From Spirochaetia bacterium (GTDB taxonomy: Bacteria; Spirochaetota; Spirochaetia; SZUA-6; Bin103), in contig OZ241863.1 of NCBI GenBank assembly GCA_965203055.1, positions 3,456,001-3,520,000 of the forward strand: DNA of 64,000 nt, read 5' to 3'. Positions 18,388 to 32,864 of this stretch are shown piece after piece (position 1 is the first letter of the stretch; each line of letters starts with the position of its first letter). Position numbers and translations under genes: made by a program. The notes beneath the pieces were generated by a model. It did not search any database. It was not told the DNA's origin and saw nothing but the letters and a program-made list of their open reading frames with translations.

Positions 18388-19725
18388 GTGAGTCTGCCAG
18401 CAACTCCGATCTCCACCCACCCGCTCGACTCGTTCGACCGCGCGGCGCGCCACGCCGCCCTGCTGCGGCACGCCGCCGCGCCGCCGGCGCCGGTACTCCC
18501 CGGCGCCGGCGCACCGGTGAACATGCACCTGCACACCTTCTTCTCGTTCAACGCGGCCGGCTTCTCGCCCAGCCATCTCGCCGTACAGGCGCGCGCCTGG
18601 GGTCTGTATGCCGCCGCGACCTGCGACTTCGACGTGCTCGACGCCGCCGACGAGTTTCTGGAAGCCGCGGCCTTGCTCGGCCTGCGCGGCGCCTCCCACC
18701 TCGAAACCCGCGTCTACGCGCCCGAGTTCGCCGCGCAGGAGACCAACTCGCCGGGCGAACCGGGAATCTGCTACGTGATGGGCGCAGGGTTCGCTCGCAC
18801 TCCGCAGCCGGGAGGCGCCAGCTTCCCGATGGCCGAGCGGCTCCGCCGGCGCGCCGCGGGCCGCAATGCCGCGGTCGTGGCGCGCATCAACTCCCATCTG
18901 CCGGAGATCGCCGTGCGCTACGAGTCGGAAGTGGCCGCCCTTACCCCGCGCCGCAGTCCCACCGAGCGTCACATCGTGCGCGCCTACCTCAACCGCGCCC
19001 GGCAGGCGCGGCCTGACGCCGCGGCGCGGGCCGCCTTCTGGGGCAACGTGCTGCAGCAACCGGCGGAGGCCGTCGCCGCCCTCTCCCGGGGGCGCCTGGA
19101 AGAGCAGGTCAGGCGGCGCCTGATCAAGCACGGCGGAGTGGCCTATCAGCAGCCCGGGCCGGCGTCATTCCCCGAGATCGGCGCCTTCTTCGCCTGGGTC
19201 CGGGATGCCGGCGCCATCCCGATGGCGGCTTGGCGCGACGGCACCAGCGCCGGCGAAGCGGATCCCGAGGCGTGGCTGGAAGCGTTGCAGGCGCGCGGCG
19301 CCGCGGCGGTGAACGTGGTCCCCGAGCTGGTGACCGATCCCGCCCACCTGCGGACTCTGATGGCGGAGGTAACGCGGCAGGCGCTGCCGTTGAACGTCGG
19401 TACCGAGATGAACGCCGACGGCCTGCCCGACTGGGACGACTTGCGCAGCCCCGAGTTGGCGCCCTACCGCGGCGCCATCGTGCACGGCGCCGAAGTGATC
19501 GTCGGCCACACGACGCTGGCGCGCTGCGCCGGATTGCCCTACTGCAGCCCGGCCGCGCAAGCCGAGTTTCCACGCCGCGAGCAGCGCAACCGGTTCTTCG
19601 CCGCGGTCGGGCGGCTGCCGCCGCTGGCGCCCGACGCCGCCCGCGGGCTGGCGGAGCTGGGGGAGACCACTGCTCTGGACCGCGTCCGCGCGGCCGTGCG
19701 GCGCGGACGCTGGGCGGACGGCTGA
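18388..19725 (+). CDS. PHP-domain-like metallohydrolase
   Basis: NMHLHTFFS (HxH), CDFDVLD, ETNSPGEPG, PTERH, GTEMN. Preceded by CTGACC-17-TATACT-7nt-GTG. Confidence 0.75.
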   Translation: MSLPATPISTHPLDSFDRAARHAALLRHAAAPPAPVLPGAGAPVNMHLHTFFSFNAAGFSPSHLAVQARAWGLYAAATCDFDVLDAADEFLEAAALLGLRGASHLETRVYAPEFAAQETNSPGEPGICYVMGAGFARTPQPGGASFPMAERLRRRAAGRNAAVVARINSHLPEIAVRYESEVAALTPRRSPTERHIVRAYLNRARQARPDAAARAAFWGNVLQQPAEAVAALSRGRLEEQVRRRLIKHGGVAYQQPGPASFPEIGAFFAWVRDAGAIPMAAWRDGTSAGEADPEAWLEALQARGAAAVNVVPELVTDPAHLRTLMAEVTRQALPLNVGTEMNADGLPDWDDLRSPELAPYRGAIVHGAEVIVGHTTLARCAGLPYCSPAAQAEFPRREQRNRFFAAVGRLPPLAPDAARGLAELGETTALDRVRAAVRRGRWADG

Positions 19726-19726
19726 G

Positions 19727-21139
19727 ATGGGACACAACTTCCTGGCGGTGGATCTGGGGGCCGAGAGCGGCCGCGTCATTGCCGGCAACCTGGAGCGCTT
19801 CGAGGTGGTGCACCGCTTCGCCAACGTGCCGGTACGTCTCGGCGGCAGCCTGCATTGGAACGTGCCGGAGCTGTATCAGCAGATCAAGGCCGGAGTGCGG
19901 GCCGGTCTGAAGCACGCTCCGGTCAGCCTCGGGATCGACACCTGGGGGGTGGACTACGGGCTGCTGGATGGTTCCGGGGCCTTGCTGGGGCTGCCCTTTC
20001 ACTACCGCGACGCGCGCACCGACAACGCTCCCGAGGCGCTGGACGGGCTGCTCGAGCGGCGCGCCCTGTACGCGGAAACCGGCATTCAGACCATGCCGTT
20101 CAATACCTTGTACCAGCTCTACGCCCAGCGCCAACGGCAACCCGACCTGCTGGACTGCGCGCGGCGCTTCCTGACCCTCCCCGATCTGTTCCACTACTGG
20201 CTGACCGGCGCGCTGGTGAACGAGTTCACCAATGCCAGCACCACCCAGTTGCGCGATCCGCATTCCCGGACCTGGTCGAAGCGGGTGCTGGACATCGTCG
20301 GCCTGCCCGGCTCGCTGTTCAGCGAGCCGGCAATGCCCGGCACCGAGATCGGCGGGCTGCTGCCGGGCGTGGCCGCGGAGCTTGGCGGCGCGTTGCGCGT
20401 GGTGTTGCCGCCCTGCCACGACACCGCCAGCGCGGTAGCGGCGGCGCCAATGGCCGCGCCCGAGGAATCGGTCTACCTCAGTTCCGGCACCTGGTCGCTG
20501 CTCGGCATCGAGTCGCCGCGACCGATCATCAGCGAGCTGAGCTTCGCCCACAACTTCACCAACGAGGGCGGGGCCGACGGCGGTACCCGCTTCCTCAAGA
20601 ACATCATGGGGCTGTGGATCGTGCAGGAGTGCCGGCGGCAGTGGGCCGCCGAAGGGCGCAGCTTCACGTACGGCGAGCTCACCGCGATGGCGGAGGCGGC
20701 CGGACCGGCGGCCTTCTCCATCGATCCGACCGCCGAGCGGTTCTTCAAGCCCGGACTGACCGGCGACGGCATGGCGGACCGCATCGCCGCATGGTGCCGC
20801 GAAACCGATCAGCCGGTCCCCGACACCCCGGGCGCGGTGGTGCGCGGCGTGCTGGAGAGTCTTGCCGCGGCCTACGCCGCCGCGGTGCGGCAACTGACGG
20901 AGATTACCGGCGCCCGCTACCGGCACATCCACGTCATCGGCGGCGGCAGCCGGAACGGCTTGCTGTGTCAGCTCACGGCCGCCGCGAGCGGCTGCACGGT
21001 GCACGCCGGACCGGTCGAGGCCACCGCGCTCGGCAACCTCCTGCTGCAGGCGCTCGCCGCCGGCGAGGTGAGCTCGATCGAGGCCGGCCGCCACCTGCTC
21101 CGCACCCGCGCCCGACTCACCCGCTACCAACCCCGGTAA
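19727..21139 (+). CDS. rhaB: rhamnulokinase/L-fuculokinase (FGGY family)
   Basis: DLGAESGR, DTWGVDY, YRDART, CHDTASAV, SSGTWSLLG, FTNEGG, KNIMGLW, GGGSRN, GPVEATALGN. Confidence 0.88.
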   Translation: MGHNFLAVDLGAESGRVIAGNLERFEVVHRFANVPVRLGGSLHWNVPELYQQIKAGVRAGLKHAPVSLGIDTWGVDYGLLDGSGALLGLPFHYRDARTDNAPEALDGLLERRALYAETGIQTMPFNTLYQLYAQRQRQPDLLDCARRFLTLPDLFHYWLTGALVNEFTNASTTQLRDPHSRTWSKRVLDIVGLPGSLFSEPAMPGTEIGGLLPGVAAELGGALRVVLPPCHDTASAVAAAPMAAPEESVYLSSGTWSLLGIESPRPIISELSFAHNFTNEGGADGGTRFLKNIMGLWIVQECRRQWAAEGRSFTYGELTAMAEAAGPAAFSIDPTAERFFKPGLTGDGMADRIAAWCRETDQPVPDTPGAVVRGVLESLAAAYAAAVRQLTEITGARYRHIHVIGGGSRNGLLCQLTAAASGCTVHAGPVEATALGNLLLQALAAGEVSSIEAGRHLLRTRARLTRYQPR

Positions 21140-21838
21140 TCAGCTCCGGCGCAACGCCAGGGGATTGAAGCGGGTGCCGCGGTCATAGTGGTCCACGCCT
21201 TCGCTGCGTTTCAGGAAGCCGACCACCAGATAGGTGAGCGGCGTTGCCAGGGCTTCGTACAGCGACTTGGCGGCCCACTGCGACAGCGCCGCGACGGCGA
21301 GCGCAGGAGGCGGCAACACGCCCGCAAACGCAACCACCACGAACACCAGAGAGTCCAGCGCCTGACCCACCAGCGTCGAGCTCACCGTGCGCAGCCACAG
21401 GTGCCGCCCGCCGGTGCGCAGCTTCAGCTTGGCCAGCACGAACGCGTTCAGGAACTCGCCGCCCAGGTAGGCCAGGAACGAGGCCCCGAGCAGGCGCGCC
21501 GAGAACCCCAGAATGGCGTCATACGCCGCCTGTTCCTGCCAGAAGGGGGCGGCCGGAAGCAGCCCGCCGATCGTCATGGCGCACACCGCCACCAGGTTGC
21601 AGAGGAATCCGATCCAGATCACCTGCCGCGCCACCGCATAGCCGTACACCTCGGTGAGGACGTCGGCCAGGATATAGGAGACCGGGAACAGGACGATGGC
21701 GGCAGTCACCACCAGCGGGCCCACGGTCACCAGCTTTACCGCGATGATGTTCGAAATGACCAGCACGGTAACGAACAGTCCGGTGACCAGCGGCAGCCAA
21801 CGACCGGCCGGCCGCGCTGTGCCGGCGGCTAGCGCCAT
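21140..21838 (-). CDS. yhhQ: queuosine precursor transporter (YhhQ/VUT family)
   Basis: [49 protein letters not shown]. Confidence 0.92.
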   Translation of the reverse strand: MALAAGTARPAGRWLPLVTGLFVTVLVISNIIAVKLVTVGPLVVTAAIVLFPVSYILADVLTEVYGYAVARQVIWIGFLCNLVAVCAMTIGGLLPAAPFWQEQAAYDAILGFSARLLGASFLAYLGGEFLNAFVLAKLKLRTGGRHLWLRTVSSTLVGQALDSLVFVVVAFAGVLPPPALAVAALSQWAAKSLYEALATPLTYLVVGFLKRSEGVDHYDRGTRFNPLALRRS

Positions 21839-22248
21839 TGGTCCCGTGCGGCCGCGCTACGGGTGTGTTCGGCCACCACCGTGATCGCGACCCCGCCGCG
21901 CACCGAGAAGCGGCCGGTCACCTCGCACCAATGCGGCGCGCAGGCGGCGACGAGGTCGTCGAGGATGAGGTTGATCACGTGCTCGTGGAACACGCCTTCA
22001 TTGCGGTAGGAGGTGAGATACAGCTTGAACGACTTGGATTCGACCACCTGTGAGTCGGGCACGTAGCGCACCAGGATCTCCGCGAAGTCCGGCTGGCCCG
22101 TCTTCGGACACAGGCAGGTGAACTCGCGTGATTCCAGCCGTACCACGTAGAACCGGTCGGGAGCACGATTCGGGAACGTCTCCAATCGCTTCGAAGGCTC
22201 CGCCGGGGCCCCCAATATGGTCAGCCGCGGCGCGTCCTGCGGTTCCAT
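21829..22248 (-). CDS. queF: NADPH-dependent preQ0 reductase (unimodular QueF)
   Basis: [40 protein letters not shown] 22248 is preceded by TCGACA-18-TATGGT-7nt. Confidence 0.93.
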   Translation of the reverse strand: MEPQDAPRLTILGAPAEPSKRLETFPNRAPDRFYVVRLESREFTCLCPKTGQPDFAEILVRYVPDSQVVESKSFKLYLTSYRNEGVFHEHVINLILDDLVAACAPHWCEVTGRFSVRGGVAITVVAEHTRSAAARDQWR

Positions 22249-22304
22249 GGGCCGCACCATAGGACGTACTCGCAGTCGTTGTCGACGTTTCAGAGCACAA
22301 AAAA

Positions 22305-22424
<120 letters not shown>

Positions 22425-22525
22425 ATGTGTTTTGTGTTTCAGACCAAGGGAACAGAGAAGGCGATTCGAGCGCATCCTGCGCTCCTTCGACTGGCACTCT
22501 CATCGCGACCCGAGAGTGCGGGGTA

Positions 22526-25554
<3,029 letters not shown>

Positions 25555-25809
25555 TACTCCAACTTCTTCTGTTCGACGCTCGATCAAACAACTCGGTATC
25601 TCAACGTCCCGGAAACGCGCGCAGCGCGCGTCCTGAAAGGACGTCTTCAACCTTCTCTGTTCCCTTCTCTGTCGTACCTGTGACGCCTGTCACAAGTCCG
25701 AAGCTGTCAAAGACCCGCCCCCGGCCCAGGGGCGCGCAAACGGCGCCGCCGACAAGGGGCTTTGTCGAAGCACACGGCGGCGGACCGCCGCGGCCGCTAT
25801 CCTATGTCC

Positions 25810-25883
25810 TGGAGGTATGGGGATTCGAACCCCAGACCTATGGCTTGCAAAGCCATCGCTCTAGCCATCTGAGCTATACCCCC
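25810..25883 (-). tRNA. tRNA-Ala (TGC) in the 16S-23S spacer; CCA not encoded
   Basis: GGGGGTATAGCTCAGATGGCTAGAGCGATGGCTTTGCAAGCCATAGGTCTGGGGTTCGAATCCCCATACCTCCA; G3:U70 pair present. Confidence 0.97.
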
Positions 25884-26069
25884 GTGCGAAGTTCGCCCAG
25901 GGGGACATCCGGGCAGCAGCGCCACGCCAAGACGGCAAGACAAGAGAAGAGAGAGCCCTCATCGCGAACGGGTTGTCCGAGTAACACTCGGTCGCCGCGC
26001 CAGCTTCGCGCACGAAGCCGCGCGGGCAAAGTTGTGCAGACGCCCCTAAGGGCACTGCGCGTCTCGTTA

Positions 26070-27611
<1,542 letters not shown>

Positions 27612-27967
27612 ATATGGTTAAGCGTCACTCCGAAGAGCAACGCTCAATTCATTTCTGAAGCAATCCTTGACAATCTTGACAAGGCCGGCGTACCCGAGCC
27701 GAATGACATACGTCACGACGCACGTCACTCCTGCCGAGCCGCCGGTACCCGATCACATTTTTAGGCTCTCCCTTCTCTCAGCGACCGTCAGACACCGCCA
27801 CGACGAGGCACACAAAAGACCAAGCCTGACGGAGACGTCTCCGATCGCACGTTGCCAAAGACCAGCGGGCGGCACGATGCCAGAAGGCTCCTGCGCCCGC
27901 CTTGCGGAGGATGCGCCGGCCTGCCATCCCATGGGGAGGGTCGAGCCGGCGTGTCTCCCGGAACGGT

Positions 27968-27996
27968 AATGTACGCGGCGTGATTCAGTCGGTCAA
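27968..27996 (-). promoter_or_regulatory. rRNA operon sigma70 promoter
   Basis: TTGACC-17nt-TACATT with an A-tract (UP-element-like) about 15-20 nt upstream. Confidence 0.75.
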
Positions 27997-28133
27997 CCGC
28001 CCTCCTCGATTTTTTTTCGGCGGTCGTCAGGTGGCAGGCGGGGCCGGTACGGGGTATCGTTGGGCCGCCCGCACGGCGCCGCGGCCCGCGCCGGCGGCCA
28101 GCCGTGACCGGACTCTGCGCGCCGCGCCTCAGC

Positions 28134-29603
28134 ATGTTCAGCAACTCGCCGCCACCTCCACCATCGATACGGCAGCGACCGGCAGCCCGCCGCGGGTCGC
28201 TGCTGCGGCTGGCAGCCAACGTCCTGTCGCTGTCGCGCATCCTCCTGGGGGCGGCGGCCTTCCTGGCTCTGTCCGGCGCGCGCGCGGCGGGCGCGGCGCC
28301 CCCGCCCGCCGCCGCCGGCGCCGCTCTGCTGCTCGTGCTGGCGGCCGCGCTGACCGACTACCTCGACGGCAAGCTGGCGCGGCACGCCGGCACCCGCGCG
28401 CCCACGCCCGGCGCGGACCGGCTTGGGCGCTGGATCGACGCGTTCACCGATTTCTTCCTGTTTCTCTGCGTATACGGCGCCTTGCTCCGCGCCGCCCTGG
28501 CGCCGGCCTGGCTCTACGCCCTGTTTCTGGCGCGCGAGGGGGCAATGTATCTGATGATCCGGCCGGCGGCCATCCGCCTGGGGCTGGACCACGGCGCCCG
28601 CCTCCCCGGCAAGATCAAGACCGTGCTGCAGTACGGCGGCATGAGCGCGCTGCTGGGGCTGCTGGCCCTGGCGCCGCACCTGGGACTGCCGTCGAACGCC
28701 ATTCGATCCATCGCCAGCGGCACCTTGGCGGTGTTGGTAACGGCGTCGTTGGGGTCGTTGTACTGGTACCTGAAGCCGCTCTTCGAGGCCTGGCCGCGCC
28801 CGCAGCAGGGGCTTCCCCAACAGCTCTGCGCAGCACTGCTGGGCCTTGCCCTGCTGCAGGTGCTGCTGTTTCGGCTCCTGGCTCCCGCCGGCGCTCCGTG
28901 GGACGCGTTCCTGATCGGCGTGACCCTGTTTCACGCGGTGGTCGGCGGCTTTCTGTTCTGGCGCCACGAGCAGTTTACGCCGCTGCACCCCGCCGGCCAC
29001 GAAGCGAGCGCGCGCCTCACCCTGCCCAACATCCTCACGCTGGTGCGCCTCAGCTCGATTCCCACGCTCACGCTGCTGCTGGCCGTGGGACCGCGGCGCG
29101 GTACCGTTCCGCTGCTGGTGGCGGTAGCCGCGGGCGTGTTCCTGACCGATCTGTTCGACGGCGCCCTGGCCCGCCGGCGGCGGCAGGTGACTCCCATCGG
29201 CGGGTACCTGGATTCCGCAAGTGATTACCTGGGGCTGCTTGCCTTGACCGCACTGCTCGCCGCCCAGGGCATCCTGCCGGCGTGGCTGGCGGCGCTGCTC
29301 ACCGCCCGGCTGGTGCTTCACGCCGCGGCCACCGGGGCGCTCGTGCTGCGCCACGGCATCGGTGTGGCAAGGCCCACGACCTGGGGCAAGATCTCGGTCG
29401 CCGCCGCCATGGTGCTGATCACCCTGGAGCTGCTGGCCCACGCCGTCGCCGCCGCCGGGCTTCCGCCCGGCGGCGCGGCTGCCCTGCCGCTGGCCCGCGG
29501 CCTGCAGGCGGTCGAGCTCGCCGCCGCGCTGTTGATCGCGATTTCGCTGGTCGACAAGTTGCGCTACTTCCTGCGTACCTTGAGGCGCGGCGCTTCCGCC
29601 TGA
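28134..29603 (+). CDS. membrane protein with two tandem CDP-alcohol phosphatidyltransferase domains
   Basis: Domain 1: ANVLSLSR...[12 protein letters not shown]...GRWIDAFTD...GKIKT. Domain 2: PNILTLVR...[26 protein letters not shown]...GKIS. Confidence 0.85.
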   Translation: MFSNSPPPPPSIRQRPAARRGSLLRLAANVLSLSRILLGAAAFLALSGARAAGAAPPPAAAGAALLLVLAAALTDYLDGKLARHAGTRAPTPGADRLGRWIDAFTDFFLFLCVYGALLRAALAPAWLYALFLAREGAMYLMIRPAAIRLGLDHGARLPGKIKTVLQYGGMSALLGLLALAPHLGLPSNAIRSIASGTLAVLVTASLGSLYWYLKPLFEAWPRPQQGLPQQLCAALLGLALLQVLLFRLLAPAGAPWDAFLIGVTLFHAVVGGFLFWRHEQFTPLHPAGHEASARLTLPNILTLVRLSSIPTLTLLLAVGPRRGTVPLLVAVAAGVFLTDLFDGALARRRRQVTPIGGYLDSASDYLGLLALTALLAAQGILPAWLAALLTARLVLHAAATGALVLRHGIGVARPTTWGKISVAAAMVLITLELLAHAVAAAGLPPGGAAALPLARGLQAVELAAALLIAISLVDKLRYFLRTLRRGASA

Positions 29604-29631
29604 CGGCGGCATGGCCTACAATAGCGGAGGC

Positions 29632-30453
29632 ATGGCGAAGAAGATCATATCGGTTGCCGTGGTCGGAGCGCATCCCACCAAGGCAATGAACCCGGCCGTG
29701 CCCTACTCACCGCGAGAGATCGCGGCCGCCGCCATCGACAGCCGCAAGGCCGGCGCGGCCATCGTGCACGTTCACGTACGCGAGCCCGACAGCGGAGTTC
29801 CCTCGTCGCGCAGCGAGCTGTTTGCCGAGGTGGTGGACCGCATCCGCCAACAGTCAGACATCCTCATCAACCTTACGACGAGCGGCCTGAACATCCCCGG
29901 CAAGAACGTCATTGCCGAGCGCCTGGAGCCGGTGGCGCTGCAGCCCGAGATCTGCTCCCTCGACGTCGGATCGATGAACTTCGGCGAGCGGGTGTTCCTC
30001 AACCCTCCCGACTGGGGGCGGGCCGCGGCGCTGCGCATGCGCGGCGCCGGCGTGAAGCCGGAGATCGAGGTGTTCGACGCCGGCCACGTCCGCCAGGCCC
30101 GCGTGTTGATCGACGAGGGACTGTTCGCGCCGCCACCGTTCGTGCAACTGTGCATGGGCGCCGGCTGGGGCATCGAAGCGACGCCCGAGAATCTGCTGTT
30201 CATGAAGAACCTGCTGCCGGCCGGGGTGCCGTGGTCGGTGTTGGGGGTGGGGCGCAGCCAGCTTCCCATGATCACCATGGGAATCATCCTCGGGGGGCAC
30301 GTGCGAGTCGGCTTCGAGGACAACCTCTACCTGCGCCGCGGGGTGCTGCTGAAGAGCAACGCCGAGATGGTGGAGCTGGCCGCCAACCTGGTGGAACAGC
30401 TCCAGCACGAGGTCGCTACGCCGGCAGAAGCCAGACAGATTCTTGGCATTTGA
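29632..30453 (+). CDS. beta-keto acid cleavage enzyme (BKACE/DUF849, Kce family)
   Basis: [68 protein letters not shown]. Confidence 0.92.
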   Translation: MAKKIISVAVVGAHPTKAMNPAVPYSPREIAAAAIDSRKAGAAIVHVHVREPDSGVPSSRSELFAEVVDRIRQQSDILINLTTSGLNIPGKNVIAERLEPVALQPEICSLDVGSMNFGERVFLNPPDWGRAAALRMRGAGVKPEIEVFDAGHVRQARVLIDEGLFAPPPFVQLCMGAGWGIEATPENLLFMKNLLPAGVPWSVLGVGRSQLPMITMGIILGGHVRVGFEDNLYLRRGVLLKSNAEMVELAANLVEQLQHEVATPAEARQILGI

Positions 30454-31342
30454 AGAGCGTCGGGCGGCCGGCGCCGAGCCGCGGGAGGAGCTGCGCGCGG
30501 CAACCGACGGCGTCGTGGAGTGGCACATGCTCAACATGGCCGGCGAGTTGATCACCATCCGCATGGCCGACACCATCGGCCCCGGGCTGCGGCAGGTACT
30601 CGGCCGCTACTGGACCTACGACCCGGGCCGCGGCGACGGCGTGGCGCCGATCCCGCACCTGATGCACCTCGAGACCAGCGGCCGGACGGTCTCCCTGGGG
30701 ACCCCGCTACGCCAGGAATACCGCTTTCGGTTGGTGACCGCCCGCACTCCCGACGGCGCGCTGACGCGCGCCCACCTGGTGATGAACTGCATCCTGTACC
30801 AGCGGGCCGCGCGGGCGGACGGCGCCCTGGGAAGCGCCGAGATCTGGCTGGCGCTGACCCGCCCCTTCGCCCCCCCGGCGGCGCGCCGGCTCAGCGCGGT
30901 GCCGGCGGCGCTGGCGTTTCTCGCCGAGCACGAGCTCGGCGCGGACGAGCTTGGCAGCCGCCCCATCGAGTCGTTTCGCTGTCAGGCCGCGGCAGCCGAA
31001 CAAGCCATCCACGACACCCTGCCGCTGGCGTATCACGTGGATCGATCCGACTCGAACCGCCATATCAACATGCACGTCTATCCGCAGCAGGCGCTCGACT
31101 ACCTGGCGCTCGGCTATTACCGCGCCGGGGGCGATGCCGGACGGCTTCGATTTCGCGCCGTCACGGTCTTCTTTCGGCGCCCGTTCCTGCCGGGCGACGG
31201 CGCCGAGGTGGAGTTGGACCTGATCGTAGCGCCGGAGCGGTTCCGCGGCGCCCTGCGCTTCCATCATCACCGGATGAGCGGCGGCCGCAGCCGGAAGATC
31301 TCCATGGCGCTGCTGACGCGCGGAATCCTGGCCGGCGGCTGA
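30443..31342 (+). CDS. double-hotdog acyl-CoA/acyl-ACP thioesterase-like protein
   Basis: [11 protein letters not shown] resembles the hotdog DxNxHVNxxxY motif; overlaps the BKACE stop. Confidence 0.55.
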   Translation: MAFEERRAAGAEPREELRAATDGVVEWHMLNMAGELITIRMADTIGPGLRQVLGRYWTYDPGRGDGVAPIPHLMHLETSGRTVSLGTPLRQEYRFRLVTARTPDGALTRAHLVMNCILYQRAARADGALGSAEIWLALTRPFAPPAARRLSAVPAALAFLAEHELGADELGSRPIESFRCQAAAAEQAIHDTLPLAYHVDRSDSNRHINMHVYPQQALDYLALGYYRAGGDAGRLRFRAVTVFFRRPFLPGDGAEVELDLIVAPERFRGALRFHHHRMSGGRSRKISMALLTRGILAGG

Positions 31343-31400
31343 AGAGCCGCGCGCCTCGAAGCCCGTTCGCCCGGGCGCTGGCCGGCCGTCGCGGCCGGGG

Positions 31401-32822
31401 TTACTCGTAGTGGTAGCTGCTGCCGCCGATGAACTCGCGCAGCAGGGAGTCGCGCGGCACGGCGTCCTCGTGGGGCCACTCGGCTACCCCGTCGAGGAGG
31501 GCGGCCAGTCGGATGACGCGGGCGCGGGCGTCGTCGCTGTCACCGGAGGCGTCAGCCCGCAGCTCAGCGGCCAGACGGCGCACCTCCGGGCCCAGGCGGC
31601 CCTTGAGGAGCGGCAGTTCGTACGCCAGGTAGGTATTGACGATCGCGTCGGCGAGGCGCAGCCGGGGGATGATGTGGCGCATCTCGGCGCGCCGCACGTA
31701 TTGCCAATGCAGCAGGGTCTGGCGCGCCGTGTAGTTGCGAAACTGCTGATCGCGGACCATGCGGCGCAACATGCGGACGTCCGACCAGCGCAGCCAGGCG
31801 CCGGTATCGTCCTTCACCTGGGACAGGGTCTCGACGTAGATGCCGACCTTGAGTTCGCGCGGAACCGCGGCCGTCAACGCCGGGTAGAGGCCGTGCAGCG
31901 AGTCGATCAGCAGTACCGTGTCGGAGTCGATGCGCACCGGCTGCGCCGCGGGGTGCTGCGTTCCGGTGGTGAAGTCGTAGCGCGGGATGCGTACCTCCTC
32001 GCCGGCCAGAATATGCGCCAGATCGCGGTTCAAGAGTTCCAGGTTCAGCGCCTGCGGGGTCTCGAAGTCGTAATCGCCGCGCGGGTCGCGCGGGTGCAAC
32101 TCCAGGTCGTAGAAATAGTGGTCCACTCCGAGGGCGAACAGGCGCATGCCCAACCGTTCCAACTGCTCGCGCAGCTTGATGGTGGTGGTGGTCTTGCCGG
32201 ATGCGGAAGGCCCCGCGACGATGATCACCCGCGGGGCCGGGTCGCGCCGGACGATCGTGTCGACCGCGGCGCTGATCTGGCCGGCGTAGAACTGCTCGGC
32301 GGCGGCGATCAGCGCCGGGAAGCGGCCAGCTTCCATGGCGGCCGCCAGGTCGGCAAGGCGGGTGCAGCGCCGGTCCGCGGCCCAGGCCAGCGTCTGCCAC
32401 AGACACTGGTAGGGAATGTTGTCGAGCGAGTAGGTCGCCGAGGGTTGGCCCGCGCGCTTGAGAGCGTGTTCGTAGCGGTAGATGATGTAGGCTTTGGCGG
32501 TGCGCGCGTGCCCGCGTTCGATCAGTACCTTTTCGACTACGTCCTGCACCTCTTCGACCGTGGGCGCCGCCGCGGCGGCAGCCGGCGCGGAGTGTGCGGC
32601 CGGCCCGGAGGTTGCGCCGGCGGTCGCGGCGATCCGCGCGCCGCGCGCCCGGGCCGCCGCGGCGCGCCGTTCCAGCAGCGCGACTACGTCGTCGGTTACC
32701 AGTTCCGCCGGCGCGCGCGCCCGGCCGCCGACCGCCACCGCGGCGCGGTACACGGCAAAGGCGATCTTGGCGCGGTTGAACGGCACCAGGCGCCCGTCAC
32801 GCTTGACGACGTGCTCGATCAT
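31401..32822 (-). CDS. ATP-cone domain fused to uridine-kinase-like P-loop kinase
   Basis: N-term VVKRDGRLVPFNRAKI...TVEEVQDVVEKVLIERG...AKAYIIYR (ATP cone). C-term IAGPSASGKTT-type P-loop (VAGPSASGKTTT), DFETPQALNL, PRYDF, RMLRRMVRDQQFR, SLLREFIGGS. Confidence 0.85.
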   Translation of the reverse strand: MIEHVVKRDGRLVPFNRAKIAFAVYRAAVAVGGRARAPAELVTDDVVALLERRAAAARARGARIAATAGATSGPAAHSAPAAAAAAPTVEEVQDVVEKVLIERGHARTAKAYIIYRYEHALKRAGQPSATYSLDNIPYQCLWQTLAWAADRRCTRLADLAAAMEAGRFPALIAAAEQFYAGQISAAVDTIVRRDPAPRVIIVAGPSASGKTTTTIKLREQLERLGMRLFALGVDHYFYDLELHPRDPRGDYDFETPQALNLELLNRDLAHILAGEEVRIPRYDFTTGTQHPAAQPVRIDSDTVLLIDSLHGLYPALTAAVPRELKVGIYVETLSQVKDDTGAWLRWSDVRMLRRMVRDQQFRNYTARQTLLHWQYVRRAEMRHIIPRLRLADAIVNTYLAYELPLLKGRLGPEVRRLAAELRADASGDSDDARARVIRLAALLDGVAEWPHEDAVPRDSLLREFIGGSSYHYE

Positions 32823-32864
32823 CGAAAGGTCCCCGCGCCGGCTGACCGGCGCGGCCGCCGCGGC

